Part shown: positions 36,395 to 44,800 of the stretch, one piece after another | Layout: every line of letters starts with the position of its first letter | Position numbering within the stretch: position 1 is the first letter of the stretch | Assembly (NCBI GenBank): GCA_910578565.1 | Contig: CAJTQF010000004.1 | Span: 2,170-66,169 of the forward strand | Origin: an uncultured Christensenella sp. | Lineage (GTDB): Bacteria; Bacillota; Clostridia; Christensenellales; Borkfalkiaceae | Direction of reading: 5' to 3' | Length of the DNA stretch: 64,000 nt | Position numbers and translations under genes: made by a program | The notes under the pieces: generated by a model | Databases searched by the model: none | Seen by the model: only the letters and a program-made list of their open reading frames with translations | What the model was told of the DNA's origin: nothing

Positions 36395-38485
36395 ATGTTA
36401 GACTGGATATTTGATGGAATAGTCGGTTGGGTAAGTAGTGTCGTGACAAAACTTATGGACGCTGTTTCAGGTTTGTTTCTCGGAGCACTTGGCACGGATA
36501 TGACCGCTATGGAAGAATATTTTCCGTTTGTATCTAAAGCGTTCACGATAATTCAGTTTACCGCGTGGACGCTTTTATTCTTGATAACAATCTGGAAAAT
36601 GTTCCGAGCATTTGGCGGTCCTATAACGGAAGCAGAAAATCCGCTTACGCTTTTGATGCGTGCAGTTGTTTTTGCTTTGCTTATTGGTTTTGCAAAACCG
36701 GTGTTCTTATATGTATTAAAGATAGCGCGTGCGCCTTATACTGCGTTAATGGATGTAACGATGGGAGCGGAAGACTTTACTTTTGCGGGGATAGAATCGG
36801 TATTACGAAGCGGTCTTATTTCGGTCGCAGCTGGCACATCGATAGTCGGTTCATTGCTTGTAATAATTCTCATGATTGCATTAGGATGGAATTACTTCAA
36901 ACTCTTGCTCGAGGTCGTTGAGCGGTATGTTGTTGTCGGTGTTCTTTGCTATACATCGCCTTTGGCTTATGCGTTGGGCGCATCTAAGGATACGAGTCAA
37001 GTCTTCAGGTCGTGGTGCCGAATGGTAGGTTCACAGTTATTGTTGCTTGTAATGAACGTTTGGTTCTTGCGAGCTTTTAACAGTTCAGTTGGACAATACT
37101 TGGGTTCCGGTGGAGCATTATCAAACGGACACGGCAGTGTGTTCTTATGGCTGTTTTGTGCATTAGCGTTTTTAAAGGTTGCTCAACGTTTTGACTCATA
37201 TCTGGCATCGATCGGATTAAATGTTGCCCAGACTGGTGCAGGACTCGGTATGGAAATGCTGGTTGCATCCCGTGTAATTATGGGCGGCTTGGGCGGTTTC
37301 CGCAGTGCAGGTAGTGTATTCCGAGGCGGTGGTGGCGGTCCAATAGGTGCAACTGGCGGAATTGCAGGTTTTGCAGGTAAGTTTACGGATAGATTTAAAG
37401 GTAACTCATACATTCGTGATGCTGTCGTACAAGGTGGAGTTAGAATGGGTGCAGGCGGACCGCTTGGGTTTATCGGAAGAGCATTCGGAGGTCTTGCCGC
37501 CAAAAACGGTGCAACACTCAATGGTGATTCTATTTCATCGGTAGCAAACAGAGCGCCAAATCAGTCTGGAGGAATCGCAGGAAATATCGCAGACCGAAGT
37601 TTGGGGAATTATCTTCCAAACTTAAAGGGTAAATCTTTAAGTGGTACGCAGATTACCGGCGGAAAAATAGCAACAACAGCAACAGGAGCCGACGGAAGAA
37701 CGTCGTCAATAAGTTTATACAATGCAAGTCAGTTTGAAAAACCAAACTCGCCGCACTCGGTTTTAACGGCATCAGACGGAAGCCAATGGTACCAAATGGC
37801 GAGCGGTAACGGTGCAAGTGATTTCTTTGGAACTCCTAATTTTACAGGGGCGACAAGTGAAGCTGCGCAGGTATCCGCAATGTTTCCAAGCGCAGAAGAA
37901 GGAACGAGTCTTCGAACTGTCGGGGATGGAGTTCTGGAAGCAAGTGGTGCTTCTGGCAACTCGTTATGGTACAGTGGTGCATATTTTGATGAACCGGAAG
38001 CGCCGCATACTGTAATGCAAGACTCGGACGGGGTTGACTGGTATGCGATGACTCCGAATGCAGAATCACCTGCATTTGAGGTTGGAGAGGCTGCCGGAGA
38101 ATACAATTGTGCACAATTTAAGCAATTTATGCCGGGATATGAACAAGACATATCTACGGTTAATTTTTCTAGCAGTCAAGACGGTCATTTTGAAGTTCGA
38201 CATGATGACGGCTCAGGAACGGCATTCTATGATGCAACACGTTACGAAACGCCCCGCGGCGATTACCGTACATATGAAGATGCTAGTGGTAGTCAGTGGT
38301 ACGCAATTCAAGGAGAGCCTGCAGTAGAGCGCAGACCTGTGTATGAAGATGGAAAGCCTGTTTATGATGGTGAAAATGTAAGAACAGTGCAGACTGAAAC
38401 AGTTCGTTACCGTTTAACACCTAATAAATTTGGCGAACCGCATAGCAGAAGTAACAGAGAAAACTATGTCCCAAAACGCAAGTAG
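36395..38485 (+). CDS. VirB6/TrbL-like polytopic T4SS membrane protein (CD1112-type) with a Gly-rich linker and repeat-bearing C-terminal domain
   Basis: The N-terminal ~300 aa has 6 or more TMs and starts MLDWIFDGIVGWV. A GGxGG-rich region follows, then three repeats of about 30 aa ending SDGxxWY. Confidence 0.6.
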   Translation: MLDWIFDGIVGWVSSVVTKLMDAVSGLFLGALGTDMTAMEEYFPFVSKAFTIIQFTAWTLLFLITIWKMFRAFGGPITEAENPLTLLMRAVVFALLIGFAKPVFLYVLKIARAPYTALMDVTMGAEDFTFAGIESVLRSGLISVAAGTSIVGSLLVIILMIALGWNYFKLLLEVVERYVVVGVLCYTSPLAYALGASKDTSQVFRSWCRMVGSQLLLLVMNVWFLRAFNSSVGQYLGSGGALSNGHGSVFLWLFCALAFLKVAQRFDSYLASIGLNVAQTGAGLGMEMLVASRVIMGGLGGFRSAGSVFRGGGGGPIGATGGIAGFAGKFTDRFKGNSYIRDAVVQGGVRMGAGGPLGFIGRAFGGLAAKNGATLNGDSISSVANRAPNQSGGIAGNIADRSLGNYLPNLKGKSLSGTQITGGKIATTATGADGRTSSISLYNASQFEKPNSPHSVLTASDGSQWYQMASGNGASDFFGTPNFTGATSEAAQVSAMFPSAEEGTSLRTVGDGVLEASGASGNSLWYSGAYFDEPEAPHTVMQDSDGVDWYAMTPNAESPAFEVGEAAGEYNCAQFKQFMPGYEQDISTVNFSSSQDGHFEVRHDDGSGTAFYDATRYETPRGDYRTYEDASGSQWYAIQGEPAVERRPVYEDGKPVYDGENVRTVQTETVRYRLTPNKFGEPHSRSNRENYVPKRK

Positions 38486-38500
38486 AAGGAGGTGTGAGCA

Positions 38501-39403
38501 ATGTCGGAATCTATGAAACAACAAACTGGTGACGGTAAAGACAACTATGGTCAAGCGGCAAAACAAATGGCGAACGCAGCTAAAAAAACTGGAAAACAAG
38601 TGGCGCAAAAAGCGGCGGCTAAAGGAGCTGAAGCAACTGTTAATGCTGCAACAGCAACGGTAAAAGCTGGAGCTACAGCTGGTAAAGCAGTAGCAAATAT
38701 AGCGGCTGGTACTGCCGCTGGAGGCCCTTGGGGAGCAATAATTTCCGCTGCATGGTCAATGCGGCACACGCTATTTAAGATCCTAATAAGTATTTGCTTG
38801 ATAATAGTTTTTATAGTCGTAACCGTGATTTCGCTTCCTGCTATAATTTTTGATAGTATATTTGGGCTGTCGGAGGATTACTCCGGCAGCTCTATTAATG
38901 CGGCTTATTCGGAGCTTTCCAATAGCGTTAATCAAACAATTGTCGAAGGACATCAATATGCGCTTGATAAGGTTAACTTAATAATCGAAGAGGGCGGATA
39001 TGATTACGAAATGTCTATGGATGAACTTGAAGATAATTCGAATGCCGATTATGACGTATGCTATGCGTTGGCGGTGTATTCTGCGTCAATGCAACAGAAC
39101 AATGTTAGCGCAGGCAATATGGTCTATAAAATGCGAAACATAATAGATCGGATGTTTATCGTTACATATGAGGTATTACAAGTAGAAATTCCGATTATAT
39201 CCGATTTGTTGGAAATTATTGGAACTGAGATAATCAGGTTTGTCAAATGCGTTATTCAGCCTTTTGATAACAGCTTTTTCCTAAGCGCGTTTGGAGTCGA
39301 TGTCAATGCCAAATACGGTGAGTTTGACATCACCTACGGTGAGGCAATAGATTTTATGACGCAATCGCTTAAACTGACACTTGATGGAGAGTCCAAATTA
39401 TAA
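38501..39403 (+). CDS. T4SS-associated membrane protein (Ala/Lys-rich N-terminus, one TM)
   Basis: The 300-aa protein resembles the N-terminal part of the large hydrolase-carrying proteins of related elements. No lysozyme, NlpC/P60 or CHAP motif is visible. Confidence 0.4.
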   Translation: MSESMKQQTGDGKDNYGQAAKQMANAAKKTGKQVAQKAAAKGAEATVNAATATVKAGATAGKAVANIAAGTAAGGPWGAIISAAWSMRHTLFKILISICLIIVFIVVTVISLPAIIFDSIFGLSEDYSGSSINAAYSELSNSVNQTIVEGHQYALDKVNLIIEEGGYDYEMSMDELEDNSNADYDVCYALAVYSASMQQNNVSAGNMVYKMRNIIDRMFIVTYEVLQVEIPIISDLLEIIGTEIIRFVKCVIQPFDNSFFLSAFGVDVNAKYGEFDITYGEAIDFMTQSLKLTLDGESKL

Positions 39404-39420
39404 AAACTGGAGGGAACGTA

Positions 39421-39756
39421 ATGGACGAAAAAGAAACAGAAAATATTTATGCAATACCCGCAAACTATACGGATTCGGGGAAAATACTTGGCGGAATGTT
39501 ATCGTTAAGAAACTTATTCGAAGCACTTGTGTTGGTGCTTGTTATTGGTTTTATAGAATTGAAACTTATACCAATGCAAGACACTGTTCGCATTGTAATA
39601 ATGATTGCAACGCTGTTGCCAATCGCGCTTGTTGCCTTGATGGGCATTGACGGGGAATCGCTATTTCAGTACATCGGTCATGTTTGTAAATTTGTGCGGC
39701 ACCGCAGGTGTTTACACTTTAAAAAAATAGGAGGCAGTCGTGAAAATAAAAGGTAA
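39421..39756 (+). CDS. PrgI-family (VirB3-like) T4SS protein
   Basis: 111 aa with the IPANYTDSGKILGGMLSLRNLFEA motif followed by two TMs. It lies immediately upstream of VirB4 and overlaps it. Confidence 0.6.
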   Translation: MDEKETENIYAIPANYTDSGKILGGMLSLRNLFEALVLVLVIGFIELKLIPMQDTVRIVIMIATLLPIALVALMGIDGESLFQYIGHVCKFVRHRRCLHFKKIGGSRENKR

Positions 39757-42232
39757 ATCAATTCAGGAATTTATTCCTATACGGCGTATCTATCACGGGG
39801 TTATTGAAACAACAGATAATCGTTACGTAAAGATACTTGAAATCGAGCCTATAAATTTTATGCTGCGTTCAGAAGAGGAACAGGCAAGTATCATATCAAC
39901 GTTTGCAAGTTGGTTAAAGATTTCTCCAGTCAAAATGCAGTTCAAAAGTATTACTCGAAGAGCGGACTCTGATAAGCATATTGCTTTACTGAAAGAAGAT
40001 ATAGAACGGGAAGATAACGAACGGTGCAAAACTCTCGGCGAAGGATATATACAATTAATAAAAGATGTAGGGAACAGAGAAGCGCTTACAAGGCGCTTTT
40101 TTTTAATATTTCAATACGATTCGCAAAGTGCGCTCGGTGAGGAAATCGGAAAGATTTACGGTGCATTGCAGACAGTGGAACAAAATGCACGCGCATACTT
40201 TACGCTGTGCGGCAACTCTATTCTGCAACCGAACGATGCAGATGAGGCAGTGTCTGAAATACTTTATATGTTCTTCAATCGTCGCTCTTGCATTGATGAA
40301 CCTTTTTCTACGAGAGTGGATAGAGTTGTTTTTGACACGATGATGATTCAAGGAAGAACGCTTGGAAAAGATTCTGTACCCGAAATCCCGATAGCAAACT
40401 TTATAGCCCCGAGGGGGTTGGATTTGTCGCATATCGCTTATTTGATAATGGACGGAAGATATTATTCGTACCTGTATATAAAAGGCGACGGGTATCCGAG
40501 CAAAGTACGCGCTGGTTGGATATCAATGCTTGTTAATGCAGGGGAAGGCATAGACGTGGACGTTTTCCTTACCCGTGAAAACCGTGGAAAAACAATAGAT
40601 AAAGTTGCGCAAAGAATTCGATTGAATCGCACAAAGCTTAAAGGAACACAGGATACGAGCAGCAATTTCGAGGAGCTTACGAACTCGATTCAGGCAGGCT
40701 ATTACATTAAGAACGGCATCGCAAACAATAACGAAGACTTGTTCTATATGTCCATTTTTATATCAGTATCCGCTAAGACTTACGACGAATTGGTATGGCG
40801 CAGACAACAAATAACTGATGTTCTGAAGTCTATGGATATATACGTTTCGGACTGTCGGTTCAGACAAGAACAAGCATTGAAATCTGTAATGCCGTTTGCA
40901 CAAATTGAATCGACACTGGAGAAAAAATGCAGGAGAAACGTTCTCACTGGTGGGGCGGCATCGACTTATATGTTTACGAGCTTCGAGATGTCAGATGATT
41001 CGGGCGTGTTGCTTGGCGTCAATCAACATAATAATTCACTGTGTGTCGTAGACTTGTTCAATACGAAAAAGAATAAAAATGCGAACCTTAATCTGATAGG
41101 GACAAGCGGTGCAGGTAAAACTTTTACTTTGCAGCTTTTGGCATTGCGAATGCGCATGCGTGGGATACAGTGTTTCACTATTGCTCCGATAAAAGGACAC
41201 GAATTTAGAAGGGCTTGTAGCCGTATTGGCGGTAGTTTTATCAGCCTTGCCCCTGGTTCGCCGCACAGCATAAATATAATGGAAATCAGGCATACGATAA
41301 CGCCTGAAATGCAGTTGATTGACGAAATTGATTATTCTGAAAACGAGTCACTTCTGGCGCGTAAAATCCAGCAGTTGATGATATTTTTTTCGCTACTAAT
41401 GCCTGATATGTCCTACGAAGAAGAACAAATTTTAGACGAAGCTTTAATAAAAACTTATGAGGATTTCGGTATTACTCACGATAACTCGTCGCTCTATGAA
41501 GATGTTTCCGCAACCTTGCCGAAGATGAAAGTTATGCCAATACTCGGCGACTTGCAAAAGCGTCTTAAGGACAACAATGCAGCTTATCGAATTGGCGTAA
41601 TTTTGAGCCGTTTTGTCAGCGGTTCGGCGCAGTCGTTCAACAAACAAACGAATGTAGACTTATCGAACAAGTACATAGTTCTTGATTTGTCTGAACTAAA
41701 AGGTAAGCTCTTGCCGATTGGAATGATGATTGCGCTCGACTATGTTTGGGACAATATCAAGTCTGACAGGACTCAAAAGAAGGCGGTCTTGATTGATGAA
41801 ATATGGCAGCTTGTAGGCGCGTCATCCAACAAAATGGCGGCAGATTTTTGCTTGACTATCTTCAAAACCATACGTGGATTCGGCGGTGCTGCTATTTCTG
41901 CAACTCAGGATTTGTCGGATTTTTTCGGTTTAGACGACGGCAAATACGGACGTGCTATCATCAATAACAGCCAGAATAAAATCATTTTGAATCTCGAACC
42001 AGATGAAGCAAAGTATGTTCAGGACATACTCAAATTAACCAAAACTGAACTCCAAGCGGTAATGCGTTTTGAACGCGGCGAGGCACTTATTTGTGCGAAC
42101 AATAACAAGGTCCCTGTGGTAATTAAGGCGTCAAAAACGGAGAAAGAAATGATTACAACCGACCGTGCGGAGCTTGAGAATCTACTTCGCGAGAAGCAGA
42201 AAATACAAAGTGAGGGCGATGAAAGCGGATAA
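39740..42232 (+). CDS. VirB4-like conjugal transfer ATPase
   Basis: 830 aa with a GTG start. Walker A is LIGTSGAGKTF and Walker B is VLIDEIWQL. Confidence 0.85.
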   Translation: MKIKGKSIQEFIPIRRIYHGVIETTDNRYVKILEIEPINFMLRSEEEQASIISTFASWLKISPVKMQFKSITRRADSDKHIALLKEDIEREDNERCKTLGEGYIQLIKDVGNREALTRRFFLIFQYDSQSALGEEIGKIYGALQTVEQNARAYFTLCGNSILQPNDADEAVSEILYMFFNRRSCIDEPFSTRVDRVVFDTMMIQGRTLGKDSVPEIPIANFIAPRGLDLSHIAYLIMDGRYYSYLYIKGDGYPSKVRAGWISMLVNAGEGIDVDVFLTRENRGKTIDKVAQRIRLNRTKLKGTQDTSSNFEELTNSIQAGYYIKNGIANNNEDLFYMSIFISVSAKTYDELVWRRQQITDVLKSMDIYVSDCRFRQEQALKSVMPFAQIESTLEKKCRRNVLTGGAASTYMFTSFEMSDDSGVLLGVNQHNNSLCVVDLFNTKKNKNANLNLIGTSGAGKTFTLQLLALRMRMRGIQCFTIAPIKGHEFRRACSRIGGSFISLAPGSPHSINIMEIRHTITPEMQLIDEIDYSENESLLARKIQQLMIFFSLLMPDMSYEEEQILDEALIKTYEDFGITHDNSSLYEDVSATLPKMKVMPILGDLQKRLKDNNAAYRIGVILSRFVSGSAQSFNKQTNVDLSNKYIVLDLSELKGKLLPIGMMIALDYVWDNIKSDRTQKKAVLIDEIWQLVGASSNKMAADFCLTIFKTIRGFGGAAISATQDLSDFFGLDDGKYGRAIINNSQNKIILNLEPDEAKYVQDILKLTKTELQAVMRFERGEALICANNNKVPVVIKASKTEKEMITTDRAELENLLREKQKIQSEGDESG

Positions 42233-42258
42233 AAAGCGAGAGCAAAGGAGGTGAAAAC

Positions 42259-42795
42259 ATGCTTTTACAAGACGAAATACACGTTGTAAAATGGCTATCA
42301 CAGTACGGCGCATTGCCAAAATCCCAGATTCTGCGAATGCTACAAAAGCCAAAAAATACTGCAGAAAAGATATTAAAAAATTTAAAACGAGAGGCAATGA
42401 TAGCTGATGTCAGCGGTGGATATTATCTTGGGTTAGATTCGTTGTGCCGTCCTGACCAGCGGACGATTATGGCTGTTTGGGTACTGTTGAAATTTATAGA
42501 ATTAGTAGATCCGATGGCACATTATTCGGCGGTATATCCGTCACAACTGTTCTTTCTCAAGGAAAATACAGGCTATGAAATTGTCGTTTTGTACGATGGT
42601 GAAGAGAACCTTTTGAGGCTCTTGCAACCGTCGGACGACTTAAAATATATCATTGTTCTTCCCGTTATATCAATGGTCGAGCAGCTCAAATTGCCAAAGG
42701 CTCCGTGCCTTTTTGCGACCGTTGACTACCGTGGAAACGATGAACCCGAAGTAACATTTTATTCCCAGGAGGATATTAATTATGCAAAAAAGTAA
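42259..42795 (+). CDS. hypothetical ICE protein with an N-terminal winged-helix-like segment
   Basis: A 178-aa ORF with a GGAGG RBS, co-oriented in the operon. Confidence 0.45.
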   Translation: MLLQDEIHVVKWLSQYGALPKSQILRMLQKPKNTAEKILKNLKREAMIADVSGGYYLGLDSLCRPDQRTIMAVWVLLKFIELVDPMAHYSAVYPSQLFFLKENTGYEIVVLYDGEENLLRLLQPSDDLKYIIVLPVISMVEQLKLPKAPCLFATVDYRGNDEPEVTFYSQEDINYAKK

Positions 42796-43465
42796 CCAAT
42801 TTACCAAGGTATTAAATCAGCTCGACACCAAGCTCAAACACGCCAAAACGCAGCTTGATGATGTGCGCTTTTTCTATGAAAGAGGGCATTTAGAGTATGC
42901 GTGTGATAAGGCTCTTGATATGGAGGAAACGGTTGAAAAGGCGACGTTGCTTGCCCGTGCATTGCCGGCATATTCCGGTTATATGAACGCTGCGCAAAAG
43001 GTAGAAGACATAATAAAAAGTACTGTTCCGGTTGAAATCGGTTTTACGGAGCAGGGCTGGTTTTCGGTAAGAATTCCGCTTTTGTTACCTAAGAAAGAAG
43101 CAGGCAGCACGGACTATATCCGTAGCTTTCTTTATCCGGCAATGCGCGATTTTTTCAAAGAAAAACAACCTATCAGATATACAGATTGTGTAGTCATTTA
43201 CAGGCACGTTTATGACCGTCAAAGACCGGAACGACAATACAGAGATCATGATAATTTCGAAATCAACTTTGTAACCGACACGGTTGCGATGTATGTTTTG
43301 CCTGATGATAATCCCACAGTATGTACGCATTATTACTGCAGTGCAAAAAGCTCGCTTGAACGCACGGAAGTTTATATAGTGCCCAAGACGGATTTTAAAC
43401 ATTGGTTGGATATGGAACCGAATATGCCGGACAAAGGCGTTTTGCTCTATGAAAATAAGCCTTAA
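42782..43465 (+). CDS. hypothetical ICE protein (weak RusA-like D-x-D-N pattern)
   Basis: A 227-aa ORF overlapping the upstream gene. The RDHDNFEINFVTDTVAMYVLPDD segment faintly resembles RusA-type nuclease motifs. The call is tentative. Confidence 0.4.
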   Translation: MQKSNQFTKVLNQLDTKLKHAKTQLDDVRFFYERGHLEYACDKALDMEETVEKATLLARALPAYSGYMNAAQKVEDIIKSTVPVEIGFTEQGWFSVRIPLLLPKKEAGSTDYIRSFLYPAMRDFFKEKQPIRYTDCVVIYRHVYDRQRPERQYRDHDNFEINFVTDTVAMYVLPDDNPTVCTHYYCSAKSSLERTEVYIVPKTDFKHWLDMEPNMPDKGVLLYENKP

Positions 43466-43477
43466 ATCGTAAAAAAA

Positions 43478-43529
43478 ACAGGGGTAAAAATGAAGTTCTG
43501 GACTTTTCAAAAATTACCCCTGTTTTTTT
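43478..43529 (+). terminator. intrinsic terminator
   Basis: Stem ACAGGGGTAA ... TTACCCCTGT followed by a T7 run. Confidence 0.6.
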
Positions 43530-43554
43530 CATTCTCTATAGAGAGGCTCAATTT

Positions 43555-43604
43555 GTGAAAAATTTGCGCCAATGAGAGCAGTCCGTTGGCGCAAAAATTC
43601 TCAC
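43555..43604. promoter_or_regulatory. long imperfect inverted repeat (candidate oriT or operator)
   Basis: GTGAAAAATTTGCGCCAA, a 13-nt loop, then TTGGCGCAAAAATTCTCAC, about 20 nt upstream of the 43625 start. Confidence 0.3.
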
Positions 43605-43624
43605 AATACTTTGCGAGGTGAAAT

Positions 43625-44800
43625 ATGATTACTTTCCGCACGGGCAGTCATCTGCACCGACTCATAACACTGCTATCGGCGGCTGGAGAATTTCCGACGC
43701 AATCACTGTATTTGCTTGGTAACGAGAAAGAAGTTAAGGAGTTGGTTGCGAAACTTAAACAATCTCAAACCATACGCAATTCAAAAACGGGTGAAAGCAT
43801 TTCTCTTGTCAAAGTTGTAAATGTCTCTGGCAACGGACAACGCAAAACACTTCGATTGTACAAAAATGCTGTTCAAATACTGAAATGGATAGATGCACGA
43901 GATTATTATATGAATTCATTCCGGTCTCACAAATTTTCAGGTGGTGAAGAGCATGTTGAGCGTAACCATCGAGTGGCCGAAACGCTCGCAATGTTTATGG
44001 GTGCAGGTTATGAATTTAGGATAAACAAACTTCCGATTTTGCAGAACGTTGAAATAAGAAAAAAGCAATTTGTTCGTCCGTGTTTTTATTCTTCACGTTG
44101 CCTAAAACAAATCGGGATTACCGAAGCAAACAAAACTAAATTTACGAGAATAGTCGGCGCAGTCCTTGCAGGCAACAATTGTTATGCGGTGTACAATACG
44201 AGGAATGCTGTTATGAAGTGGTGTGGTAACGGAGAGAGTAAAACACAGTATGGACTTGATGAGATTATGAGATTGAATACTGAAATTAATAAGGTGAGCT
44301 CGGCGATACTGTTTGGGGCATCATATAAGATCGCTATTGCAACACTGGACGAAACAGCACGTAACCAAAAACTCCAATTAAGATTCGATGCGATATACCA
44401 TTGTATTCACTTCATTCCTTTAAACGAAATCGGTATGAGACAGCTTTGCTTGCTTACCATTCCAAATTGGAAAGAGCAACTATTGGATTTGTTGTTTGAA
44501 GAAGAGCAGCGCTCTTATGAACGCGGCATCTTTGAATATGATGCATATGTTGAAGGTGTTTATGTGTTGTCGCATCTGGATAGTGACCTTGGAAGACTCA
44601 GACGGTTTAAGGAAGCAATAGAAGAAGCAATAGAAAAACATAGGGGAACCGCAGATCAATACGAGGTTTTGTGCTTTGAGGACCAAGCCGCATTTCTAAA
44701 AAAGTACCTAAGCGGACTTGCTAAGATTCGGGTACTTAAACGGGCGGATGTAGAAGCTGCGCTAAATCTGAAAAGGAGGGATATTTTTGAAGAAGATTAA
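43625..44800 (+). CDS. hypothetical ICE protein (391 aa), function unknown
   Basis: GAGG RBS and an N-terminal winged-helix-like segment. It overlaps the start of the coupling-protein gene. Confidence 0.45.
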   Translation: MITFRTGSHLHRLITLLSAAGEFPTQSLYLLGNEKEVKELVAKLKQSQTIRNSKTGESISLVKVVNVSGNGQRKTLRLYKNAVQILKWIDARDYYMNSFRSHKFSGGEEHVERNHRVAETLAMFMGAGYEFRINKLPILQNVEIRKKQFVRPCFYSSRCLKQIGITEANKTKFTRIVGAVLAGNNCYAVYNTRNAVMKWCGNGESKTQYGLDEIMRLNTEINKVSSAILFGASYKIAIATLDETARNQKLQLRFDAIYHCIHFIPLNEIGMRQLCLLTIPNWKEQLLDLLFEEEQRSYERGIFEYDAYVEGVYVLSHLDSDLGRLRRFKEAIEEAIEKHRGTADQYEVLCFEDQAAFLKKYLSGLAKIRVLKRADVEAALNLKRRDIFEED

